NCBI RefSeq assembly: GCF_000017845.1 | Contig: NC_010546.1 | Coordinates: 2,790,001 to 2,822,000, forward strand | Direction of reading: 5' to 3' | DNA: 32,000 bases | Source of the DNA: Crocosphaera subtropica ATCC 51142 | Lineage (GTDB): Bacteria > Cyanobacteriota > Cyanobacteriia > Cyanobacteriales > Microcystaceae | In this document: positions 1 to 7,429 of the stretch, in pieces | Numbering within the stretch: the stretch's first letter is position 1 | How the letters are laid out: each line of letters begins with the position of its first letter | Notes under the pieces: generated by a model | The model's database searches: none | What the model was told of the DNA's origin: nothing | What the model saw: the letters and a program-made list of their open reading frames with translations, nothing else | Position numbers and translations under genes: made by a program

Positions 1-67
1 CTTACCTAATAAGGTTTCTTCTTGTCCTTTCATAGTACATAATTAATTTAATTGATGAAGAGCTTAA

Positions 68-505
68 TCAGGGAAGATATTTCTGCACCACAGTCCACCC
101 AGTTAAACTAACAAAAGCAAAGCTAAAAAAAAGCATAATATTAGTGCCAATATGTAGCCAGCGCATTCTAGGTTTTTCAGGACTAATTTGCGTTGCAGCC
201 GTAGCAGAAATTAACACTAAAATAACCGTTAATAATCCAGCCAACAAGTGAAAGGAATGGCCTAAACTTCCATAATGTCCTAAGGTACCGACTAAACCAA
301 TCACTAATAATAATAACACTAAAATTACCATGATTGAACCGATAATATAATGAAGCCAACGTAACCATACTGGACGAGATACTTGACGATGGCGGCCATA
401 AAACATCCATCCTCCAGATAACCCTAGTAAAACATAGGCAAATAAAGATAAACCCATTGACCAAGCTGCAATTTTCCACAGCCATAAAAAAGATGGTAAA
501 TTCAT
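68..505 (-). CDS. Integral membrane protein with about 4 TM helices (possibly DUF4079 family; family assignment tentative)
   Basis: 145-aa ORF with ATG at 503-505. Four long hydrophobic segments are separated by short Arg/His-containing loops. The overlapping 183-485 ORF in another frame is taken as spurious. Confidence 0.6.
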   Translation of the reverse strand: MNLPSFLWLWKIAAWSMGLSLFAYVLLGLSGGWMFYGRHRQVSRPVWLRWLHYIIGSIMVILVLLLLVIGLVGTLGHYGSLGHSFHLLAGLLTVILVLISATAATQISPEKPRMRWLHIGTNIMLFFSFAFVSLTGWTVVQKYLP

Positions 506-570
506 AGTTAATCGTTTAATTGTTCTTGACTCTATTTCTGTTTCTTCACACTACCCTTCCATATCTTACC

Positions 571-605
571 TAATAACTGATAACGGGTTAGGGGTTACTG
601 TTTAC
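571..605. repeat. STRR-like tandem heptamer repeat (5 units)
   Basis: TAATAAC TGATAAC GGGTTAG GGGTTAC TGTTTAC read directly. The 7-nt period lies in an intergenic spacer. Confidence 0.5.
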
Positions 606-607
606 TC

Positions 608-629
608 AAAAAAAAAGCCCCAATGGGGC
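608..629 (-). terminator. Rho-independent terminator of the 677-1057 gene
   Basis: On the minus strand a GCCCC-ATT-GGGGC hairpin (617-629) is followed by a run of 9 T (608-616). It lies 48 nt past the stop codon. Confidence 0.65.
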
Positions 630-676
630 AAACTCAGCTAGATTTTTTCAACAATGAATTGTCATTATTCGACCTT

Positions 677-1057
677 TTAAACTAATGCAGCTTTTAAATG
701 GGTGAATGGATAGTTGTGTTTATCACTGGGTTGTATGGTTTGTTTTTTATCAGTAGAAGCACTAACAGAAACAAATTCTTCCTCTATTTCGTCATCGCTT
801 CCATCGCTTATACAAAGACGCTCACAAGGAATGGTATCTGAGAGAATGGCACTAGCCATCATTCCCGTATGAATTTCAAGTTGTGCCTTGGGCAAAGCTT
901 CAAAAACAAGGCGTTGTCCTGGGAAAACAACTCGCTCAAAATACCAGTTGTCTATGTTGGTAATACGAGCAACCTGAATATGATTCGTTGCGTTTACATA
1001 GCAGCAAAGTAGTACATTTCTTTGCCCAGTTGGAATGGGATCAAGGATCTGAGCCAT
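677..1057 (-). CDS. Cyanobacteria-specific DUF1830-like protein
   Basis: 126-aa ORF with ATG at 1055-1057. The N-terminal block LCCYVNATNHIQVARITNIDNWYFERVVFPGQRLVFEA...LEIHTG matches the DUF1830 signature as I remember it. The acidic C-terminal tail is variable. Confidence 0.7.
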   Translation of the reverse strand: MAQILDPIPTGQRNVLLCCYVNATNHIQVARITNIDNWYFERVVFPGQRLVFEALPKAQLEIHTGMMASAILSDTIPCERLCISDGSDDEIEEEFVSVSASTDKKQTIQPSDKHNYPFTHLKAALV

Positions 1058-1637
1058 AATAATTGAGGCAATTTAGTTTCTGATTGTTCATTTCTTCTTT
1101 ACCCTAGCACTCAGCGATCCCCATTAGCTGTAATCAATATTACATTCAATATTTTTCTTGCAAACTCTGGCATACCACTACAGTATTATGTTATCATATG
1201 TTACAAATTTTAGACAGCCTTCTTCAAGTATTCTAACCTAAGTAAAAAGCCCTATTCAAGCCCTTGTGAGCCGATTCCCTCTTCAATGAATCGACTGACT
1301 GGCTAGTTAAAATATCCATAAAGTTAAGATATATTACAACTTCTCAGTTATTTCCCAAAAGAAAAATAACTTTACAAAAGCGGGGATCGCCCAACAGGAT
1401 TAGAACAGGAAGAATAGCGATCGCTCCCAACCCCAACAGCTAACCAACCGAATTTTAAGATAACCATGAGTAAGACAGAGGGTATCGTTTATTTTCCCCG
1501 TCCTTGTAACCCCATATTTCCCAATATCAGGAAAAATTTGTGCAAGAGGCCTAAAAAACTCACAAGTCAAAATCTCTTCGGTGGCAAAAATTGATATTAT
1601 ATACAGAACATTGTAAATAAATATTACGGTTTCATTG

Positions 1638-2624
1638 ATGTACTTATATTACACTCTTGGATTAATAGCATTACTGGTAGTCATTGGCATTGTTGTCTAC
1701 CTAATCACTCCCCGCAGTTATGAATCGTCTGAAACAGTCGCTAATTCTTATGACGAATGGACTCAAGACGGAATTTTAGAATTTTACTGGGGTGAACATA
1801 TCCATTTAGGTCACTACGGTTCACCACCACGACGCAAAGACTTTTTACAAGCCAAGGCTGACTTTGTACATGAAATGGCGAAATGGGGTGGTTTAGACAA
1901 ACTACCTGCTGGTACTACCGTGTTAGATGTCGGGTGTGGAATCGGTGGCAGTAGCCGTATTTTAGCCAAAGAATACGGTTTTGAGGTAACAGGAGTTACC
2001 ATTAGTCCCAAACAAGTACAACGAGCTACAGAACTAACCCCTGAAGATGTTAGTGCGAAATTTCAGGTAGATGATGCTTTAGCACTTTCTTTTCCAGATA
2101 ATAGTTTTGACGTGGTTTGGTCTATTGAAGCTGGCCCCCATATGCCAGATAAAGCTAAATATGCCTCAGAAATGATGCGAGTCTTAAAACCTGGAGGTAT
2201 TTTAGTCGTAGCGGACTGGAACCAACGGGATGACCGTCAGAAACCCCTCAATTTCTGGGAAAAACCTGTCATGCGCCAACTCTTAGACCAGTGGTCACAT
2301 CCTGCTTTTTCTAGTATTGAAGGCTTTTCCGAACAAATCGCAGAAACAGGGTTAGTAGAAGGAGAAGTGGTAACAGCAGATTGGACCAAAGAAACTCTCC
2401 CTTCTTGGCTTGATTCTATCTGGCAAGGAATTATTAGACCCGAAGGCTTAATTAAGTTTGGTTTTTCAGGATTCATTAAATCCCTAAGAGAAGTGCCAAC
2501 TATGTTATTAATGCGTCTTGGATTTGGTGCTGGTTTGTGTCGCTTTGGAATGTTTCGTGCGGTTAAGTCTCCTTCCGTATCCCAGTCAACCCAGACTGCC
2601 ACAACTGAAACGGTTAACGCTTAA
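1638..2624 (+). CDS. SAM-dependent methyltransferase of the tocopherol/plastoquinone pathway (gamma-TMT / MPBQ-MSBQ methyltransferase family; best guess MPBQ/MSBQ methyltransferase, Synechocystis sll0418-like)
   Basis: The ORF track starts at TTG 1635; ATG at 1638 is the likelier start. It has an N-terminal TM helix, YDEWT..ILEFYWGEHIHLGHYG, SAM motif I VLDVGCGIGGSS, FDVVWSIEAGPHMPDK, and a C-terminal LLMRLGFGAGLCRFGMF. Confidence 0.8.
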   Translation: MYLYYTLGLIALLVVIGIVVYLITPRSYESSETVANSYDEWTQDGILEFYWGEHIHLGHYGSPPRRKDFLQAKADFVHEMAKWGGLDKLPAGTTVLDVGCGIGGSSRILAKEYGFEVTGVTISPKQVQRATELTPEDVSAKFQVDDALALSFPDNSFDVVWSIEAGPHMPDKAKYASEMMRVLKPGGILVVADWNQRDDRQKPLNFWEKPVMRQLLDQWSHPAFSSIEGFSEQIAETGLVEGEVVTADWTKETLPSWLDSIWQGIIRPEGLIKFGFSGFIKSLREVPTMLLMRLGFGAGLCRFGMFRAVKSPSVSQSTQTATTETVNA

Positions 2625-2669
2625 GCCATTAAATTAAACACCAACGATAAGAACCGAAAGACTCAGCGA

Positions 2670-2701
2670 CTGGGAGAGATAATTGATATATCTTCTCCCA
2701 G
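2670..2701 (+). terminator. Strong hairpin downstream of the methyltransferase gene (possible terminator; weak U-tail)
   Basis: CTGGGAGAGATA...TATCTTCTCCCAG forms an 8 bp perfect stem plus a 4 bp extension with one bulge. No clear T-run follows, hence the low confidence. Confidence 0.3.
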
Positions 2702-2788
2702 TTACCCTATGACTCCCCACACTCGACTTAATCGAAAGTTTGATAGACTCAATTGAAAACTGCTGTAATGGGGGAGGGGGATCGCAGT

Positions 2789-3199
2789 ATGACAATGTTT
2801 GGTTTTTTAGGTGGAACAATTATGGGGGTTGACTCTGGTTATAAAGTTTTACCTCATCCTAAGCCGGATAAAATTTTTCCTCGATTAAGTGATGCTAAAT
2901 GGTTTTTGGCAGTGAGATGGTGTGATACCCTTGAGGCTCCGGCTGCTATTATTAATAACACTGGAGAATTAGCTTTTATCAATCACATTGTTTTGAATAT
3001 GGGAGAAGAAACCTTTATCCCTCAAGAGTATCGATTAGACATTTTTGCTCAATGTTTGCATCTATCACCTAACGAAACAGTGACTTATGAATTAAAAAGT
3101 CAAGAGCGAATCTTGGAAATACGGGGTTTAGAAATTGATTCTCGTTACGGTAAAGTTGCCTTAGTGAGAGAGTTATCAAAAAAAGCGACTAAAATTTAA
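2789..3199 (+). CDS. Hypothetical protein
   Basis: The ORF is open from TTG 2753. ATG 2789 is preferred because a GGAGG lies about 12 nt upstream. No recognisable motif. It is co-directional between the methyltransferase and monooxygenase genes. Confidence 0.5.
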   Translation: MTMFGFLGGTIMGVDSGYKVLPHPKPDKIFPRLSDAKWFLAVRWCDTLEAPAAIINNTGELAFINHIVLNMGEETFIPQEYRLDIFAQCLHLSPNETVTYELKSQERILEIRGLEIDSRYGKVALVRELSKKATKI

Positions 3200-3242
3200 A
3201 CGCAACCTAATGATTATCTAAAAAACTCGACGAAAAGATATC

Positions 3243-4430
3243 ATGCAAGAAGAAATTACCATAATTGGTGCTGGTATTGGTGGTTTAACTTTAGCTTGTG
3301 CTTTAGAAAAAAAAGGCATTGGTTTTCAACTATACGAACAAGCAGATTCGTTTGAAGCGTTAGGGTACGGGATTCAAGTTAGTCCTAATGTGGTTCGAGT
3401 GTTGTGGGAATTGGGTCTACAAAAACAGCTAGAAATCATCTCTCATCGTTGTTTGGGTTTTGAATTGCGCTCTTTTAAATCCGACAAGACTTTAGCCAAA
3501 TGGCAATTGGACAACGAATTACCTTATTATCAATGTCGACGGGCTGATTTGCACTCTTTACTATTCAATGCTATCCAAGATAAGCATAGAATTCATTTTG
3601 CCCAACGTTTGCAGTCTTATGAAAAAAAAGGTAGTCAACTATCTCTTGACTGGCAAAATTCCCAACCGACAACAGCAAAAGCATTGGTAGCAGCAGATGG
3701 GGTTCATTCTCTTGTCAGGCGATCGCTTTTTCCTCAATATCAAGCTCAATACGCTGGCTATGCTGCTTACAGAGCAATTTTACCCTTTCAAGATAGATAT
3801 AGTTCTCTCTGGGGTAAAGCAACGGTTTGGATGGGAAACAATCATCATGTCGTAGTTTATCCTAATGGTAATCAACGAAACTCAACATCTTGGCTCAATT
3901 TAGTTTTAGTGGTCAAAGATCGAAACTGGAATGAGCAAGGTTGGATGATTCCTGCACCGAAAAAAGCAGTGGCTCAAGCGTTTGTTAATCAATCAGAAGA
4001 ACTCAATGTGATTTTAGAGGATATGGTAGCCAGTGCTGAACCTTGCTTTAAATGGGGATTATTTATCCATCAACCTCTACCCTATTGGTCACAAGGTCAA
4101 GTAACATTATTAGGGGATGCGGCACACCCGATGCTTCCATTTCAGGCACAAGGAGCAGCCATGGCTATAGAGGATGCTTACATTTTAGCGGAGTATCTAG
4201 CTAATGAAAAGGATATAGAAAAAGCTTTCATTAAGTATCAACGCACCCGAATCAAACGGGCTACAAAAGTGCAGCAAGTCTCTAGGAATAATGCAGATAT
4301 ATTTCACGCTTCAGGAGCTAAAGCAGCTATTAGAAATTTTGCTTTGGATTTAGTATCCAGGATTGCTCCTAATTTACTTAACCAAAAAACAGCTTGGATT
4401 TATAATTATGACATAAAAACGAGTTGTTAA
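3243..4430 (+). CDS. FAD-dependent aromatic-ring monooxygenase (salicylate hydroxylase / UbiH-superfamily fold)
   Basis: N-terminal Rossmann motif ITIIGAGIGGLTLACAL, a DG motif VAADGVHSLVR, and the FAD/ribityl motif LLGDAAHPMLPFQAQGAAMAIEDA. Confidence 0.85.
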   Translation: MQEEITIIGAGIGGLTLACALEKKGIGFQLYEQADSFEALGYGIQVSPNVVRVLWELGLQKQLEIISHRCLGFELRSFKSDKTLAKWQLDNELPYYQCRRADLHSLLFNAIQDKHRIHFAQRLQSYEKKGSQLSLDWQNSQPTTAKALVAADGVHSLVRRSLFPQYQAQYAGYAAYRAILPFQDRYSSLWGKATVWMGNNHHVVVYPNGNQRNSTSWLNLVLVVKDRNWNEQGWMIPAPKKAVAQAFVNQSEELNVILEDMVASAEPCFKWGLFIHQPLPYWSQGQVTLLGDAAHPMLPFQAQGAAMAIEDAYILAEYLANEKDIEKAFIKYQRTRIKRATKVQQVSRNNADIFHASGAKAAIRNFALDLVSRIAPNLLNQKTAWIYNYDIKTSC

Positions 4431-4531
4431 GAATAATTTAAGTCAATTCTTTAAAGAGGAACGAGGAATCTCTATAAAATCTTAACCATAATGCGTAGTG
4501 CTATAAATTATGATGATGTTCAATGAGGTGG

Positions 4532-5434
4532 TTAAATAAGTGGGTTATTCTCATCAGAATTACTAAAATTAGGAGGTAGGATAATTCCCATCCTCTTTGC
4601 TTTATCTATATATTGATTAATGCGTTCTTGACAATAGACAATATCTACCTTTTTTTGTCTTCTTTCTTTTTTTTGGTTTTTACTATTAATTTTTTGGCAA
4701 TAAATTTCTTGTGTGGCTTTAGTAGGAGTAATGGTCAATTTTGTGAATAATGACTCAATATAATCATAATCTTGGAAATTTTCCAAACGGACTTGATAAT
4801 TTTTAATGTGAGGGTAATCTTGCCTAAATCGATTTCCTCTTGCTTCGATATCAATTAAATAAGCAATACATAAGTCATATTGATCAAGATTTTCATCAGA
4901 ATCAATACAAGGAATAGCAGAGGTTACCGCATTAGGACTAGAAAACCAAAGGGTCCAACTTTTACGTCCTGGAGAAAAAAAGTCGAGTTCGATACAACTT
5001 TTTAAAGTTTGGGCTAGGTTACGGCGTAACGTAATTACTTGAATATTAGCATGGTTAAAATCCCTGAGAATAACATCAAAAAATGTTTTGATAAACATAT
5101 GATTTGTTTCACAGTAAATTTGATTATCTGAAAATGAAAGTAGTTCGTTTTGAATCGCTATGCTCTTGAATCTTCGTTTGTTGAAGGAACGTTCATAAGG
5201 TTGGTTTTCAATCATGCGAAGATAATCGCCAATAATAGCTGGTTGTTTCTCATGGTAGCCCGTTACTTCTTCTGCCGTTCCTAGCAGTTTAGCTAAATAT
5301 CCTGAACCCGTTCTTCCAGAATTAATGGAAAATATTAGGCGATGATTAAGAATTTTTTGTTGATAAATTAATCGCTTAACAGCATTGGGAACTTCCTTTA
5401 ATTTTTTGACAATTTTCTCTGGCAACTCTTCCAT
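4532..5434 (-). CDS. Hypothetical protein, sulfotransferase-like (tentative)
   Basis: 300-aa ORF, noticeably AT-rich. The P-loop-like SGRTGSGYLAKLLG resembles a 5'-PSB PAPS loop. ITLRRNLAQTLKS has the R-N-x6-S spacing of the 3'-PB motif. There is a Lys/Arg-rich segment near the C-terminus. Confidence 0.5.
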   Translation of the reverse strand: MEELPEKIVKKLKEVPNAVKRLIYQQKILNHRLIFSINSGRTGSGYLAKLLGTAEEVTGYHEKQPAIIGDYLRMIENQPYERSFNKRRFKSIAIQNELLSFSDNQIYCETNHMFIKTFFDVILRDFNHANIQVITLRRNLAQTLKSCIELDFFSPGRKSWTLWFSSPNAVTSAIPCIDSDENLDQYDLCIAYLIDIEARGNRFRQDYPHIKNYQVRLENFQDYDYIESLFTKLTITPTKATQEIYCQKINSKNQKKERRQKKVDIVYCQERINQYIDKAKRMGIILPPNFSNSDENNPLI

Positions 5435-5643
5435 AATATAGAATTTATAATCAATTAATTCCCTCGAACTTAAGGTCAGGCAACTTTACCAAATATACTT
5501 ATATTTTGTCAAGCTCAATTGACTAATTGTTTTCATAAATATAATAGCTATCCTACTTGAAAATCTAAGTCAATGTAAAATATAACAATAAAAATGGGCA
5601 ACTTAAGCATGGATCATAAATTCAGTTATCCCCGATAATTCCT

Positions 5644-6570
5644 ATGAGAGATAAAATTGTTGCCCTCACAGATAATCTAAGTCGTACAATTGTTGGTAAA
5701 GAAAAGCCCATTCGTCTCGTTATGGTTGCTTTATTAAGTGGGGGACACGCATTACTCGAAGACGTTCCGGGTGTAGGGAAAACCCTTCTAGCCAAGTCCC
5801 TAGCCCGTTCCATTAACGGACGATTTCAACGGGTTCAATGTACCCCTGACTTACTCCCTACCGACGTAACAGGCACTAACATCTGGAACCCCAATAGTCG
5901 AGAATTTGAATTTTTGCCCGGCCCTGTATTTGCTAACGTTTTACTAGCCGATGAAATTAACCGCGCTACCCCTAGAACCCAGTCTGCCTTGTTAGAAGTG
6001 ATGGAAGAGAAACAGGTAACTGTCGATGGAGAAGCGCGTCAAGTCCCTAAACCCTTCTTTGTTATCGCCACTCAAAACCCCGTAGAATACCAGGGAACCT
6101 TTCCTCTTCCTGAAGCCCAAATGGATCGCTTTACTATTTCTTTAAGTATGGGTTATCCTAGTGAAGCCGAAGAACTGCAAATGTTACAAAAACAATTGCA
6201 ACGGGTTAAGGTCGAGGAACTAGAACCTTGTATTTCCTTAGAAGATGTGCAAGAGTTACAACGGTTGACCAGCCTGGTCAAAGTGACCCCATCCTTACAG
6301 CAATATATGCTTAGTATTGTGCGAGCTACTCGTACTGATGATGACATTAGCTTAGGGGTGAGTCCTCGTGGTACTGTGGCTTTACAACGGGCTACCCAAG
6401 CAGTGGCATTTCTCCAAGAAAGAGACTATGCTACCCCAGACGACGTTAAATATGTCGCGCCTCATGTCCTATCTCATCGTCTTATCGTCGCCAACGGCCG
6501 TCAGCCCCAAGCTATCATTGAACGGTTATTGCGATCGCAAGCCGTAGAACCCGAACTCATGGCCGCCTAA
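5644..6570 (+). CDS. MoxR-family AAA+ ATPase
   Basis: Walker A LLEDVPGVGKTLLAKSLA, Walker B/sensor LLADEINRATPRTQSALLEVMEE, then VIATQNP and SPRG. The ~308 aa length is typical of MoxR. Confidence 0.9.
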   Translation: MRDKIVALTDNLSRTIVGKEKPIRLVMVALLSGGHALLEDVPGVGKTLLAKSLARSINGRFQRVQCTPDLLPTDVTGTNIWNPNSREFEFLPGPVFANVLLADEINRATPRTQSALLEVMEEKQVTVDGEARQVPKPFFVIATQNPVEYQGTFPLPEAQMDRFTISLSMGYPSEAEELQMLQKQLQRVKVEELEPCISLEDVQELQRLTSLVKVTPSLQQYMLSIVRATRTDDDISLGVSPRGTVALQRATQAVAFLQERDYATPDDVKYVAPHVLSHRLIVANGRQPQAIIERLLRSQAVEPELMAA

Positions 6571-6595
6571 AATCTTAAAAAATCATTAACATAAG

Positions 6596-6630
6596 GCAAG
6601 GAATCTGGCAAGGTTCCTTGCAATTTCTTT
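6596..6630 (+). terminator. Probable terminator after the MoxR gene
   Basis: GCAAGGAA (6596-6603) pairs with TTCCTTGC (6614-6621) around a 10-nt loop. AATTTCTTT follows. Confidence 0.5.
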
Positions 6631-6678
6631 ACCAAATGATTAAGATAGTTTACATAACTTTACACGAGGCTCACAAAT

Positions 6679-6810
6679 ATGAGTATCATTCTTATCGAAC
6701 TTCTTATCGTTGCTGTCATTGCTATGGCCCTGAGCAGTAACCCATCTCAGGAAAAACCTGATTGGGCAGTGATTCGAGTGCCAATTAATGATGAAATAAG
6801 GAGAAGCTAA
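6679..6810 (+). CDS. Small single-TM protein (43 aa), not in the ORF track
   Basis: ATG at 6679 with GAGG 9 nt upstream. Translation is MSIILIELLIVAVIAMALSSNPSQEKPDWAVIRVPINDEIRRS. The stop lies 3 nt before the next ATG, which suggests a coupled pair. Confidence 0.35.
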   Translation: MSIILIELLIVAVIAMALSSNPSQEKPDWAVIRVPINDEIRRS

Positions 6811-6813
6811 ATA

Positions 6814-6987
6814 ATGTTAGAAAAATTAATTATTTTTTTACAAGATGAATTAGAAATTCCGGCTGAGCAAGTTAAGTTAGCCCTAAGGCATACCCAAGCC
6901 ATTCCCTCTCAAGTACCGATGCAACTATGGAAATATGGTTTAATTGATATGACTCAACTCGAAAAAATTTTTGATTGGTTAGAATAG
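6814..6987 (+). CDS. DUF2949-like small cyanobacterial protein (57 aa), not in the ORF track
   Basis: ATG at 6814 with a strong AAGGAG 10 nt upstream. Translation is MLEKLIIFLQDELEIPAEQVKLALRHTQAIPSQVPMQLWKYGLIDMTQLEKIFDWLE. The LW.YGLI..QL..IFDWL pattern matches DUF2949 as I recall it. Confidence 0.6.
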   Translation: MLEKLIIFLQDELEIPAEQVKLALRHTQAIPSQVPMQLWKYGLIDMTQLEKIFDWLE

Positions 6988-7429
6988 GCAAAAACCAAAC
7001 AAAAAGCCAAAAGCTAAATGAGTTGATGCCGTCTAATTTGCGCCTAGATTGTAAAAAACTAAAAGTGAAATTAATCATAGGGGTTAAGCTTGGGCAAATC
7101 CTACCTATACCTAGTAGTTGACGTAACCCTGTCAAAGCCAGTTGTATAAATCAATTAAGAAGACACTCAGCATCAGAAGTATGGAGTGTCTCATAGGTAA
7201 TCCATGAGTTGATGAGTTAACATAAAATAAATTATTATTATGATCAGCATTAACCCATAGGATAAGTGTACCTATGGGTTCTCTGTTTTACTAAAATGTT
7301 GACTATCAGGAGACAGTATTTTCATAACCTGTTATCTATCTCCCATAGCTAACCGTAGTTATTCATTAACTCATTGTGGAGGTTATTTGCTAGCACATCC
7401 TATAGAAGTTGTCTGCCATCAGTAAGCCT

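Noticed and set aside
1-33. Possible start of a minus-strand gene (ATG at 31-33, MKGQEETLLGK...) running off the left edge
   Set aside because: Only 11 codons are visible, which is too little to support a call.
1466-1594. 42-codon ORF (MSKTEGIVYFPRPCNPIFPNIRKNLCKRPKKLTSQNLFGGKN) in the 577-nt spacer upstream of the methyltransferase gene
   Set aside because: It has no SD sequence, no hydrophobic or recognisable motif, and a composition typical of random translation. The spacer otherwise shows only weak AT-rich hairpins and near-HIP1 sites.
6872-7135. 87-aa minus-strand ORF from the track
   Set aside because: It overlaps, antisense, the better-supported DUF2949-like ORF, which has a strong SD and a family-like sequence. 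It has no RBS or motif of its own.
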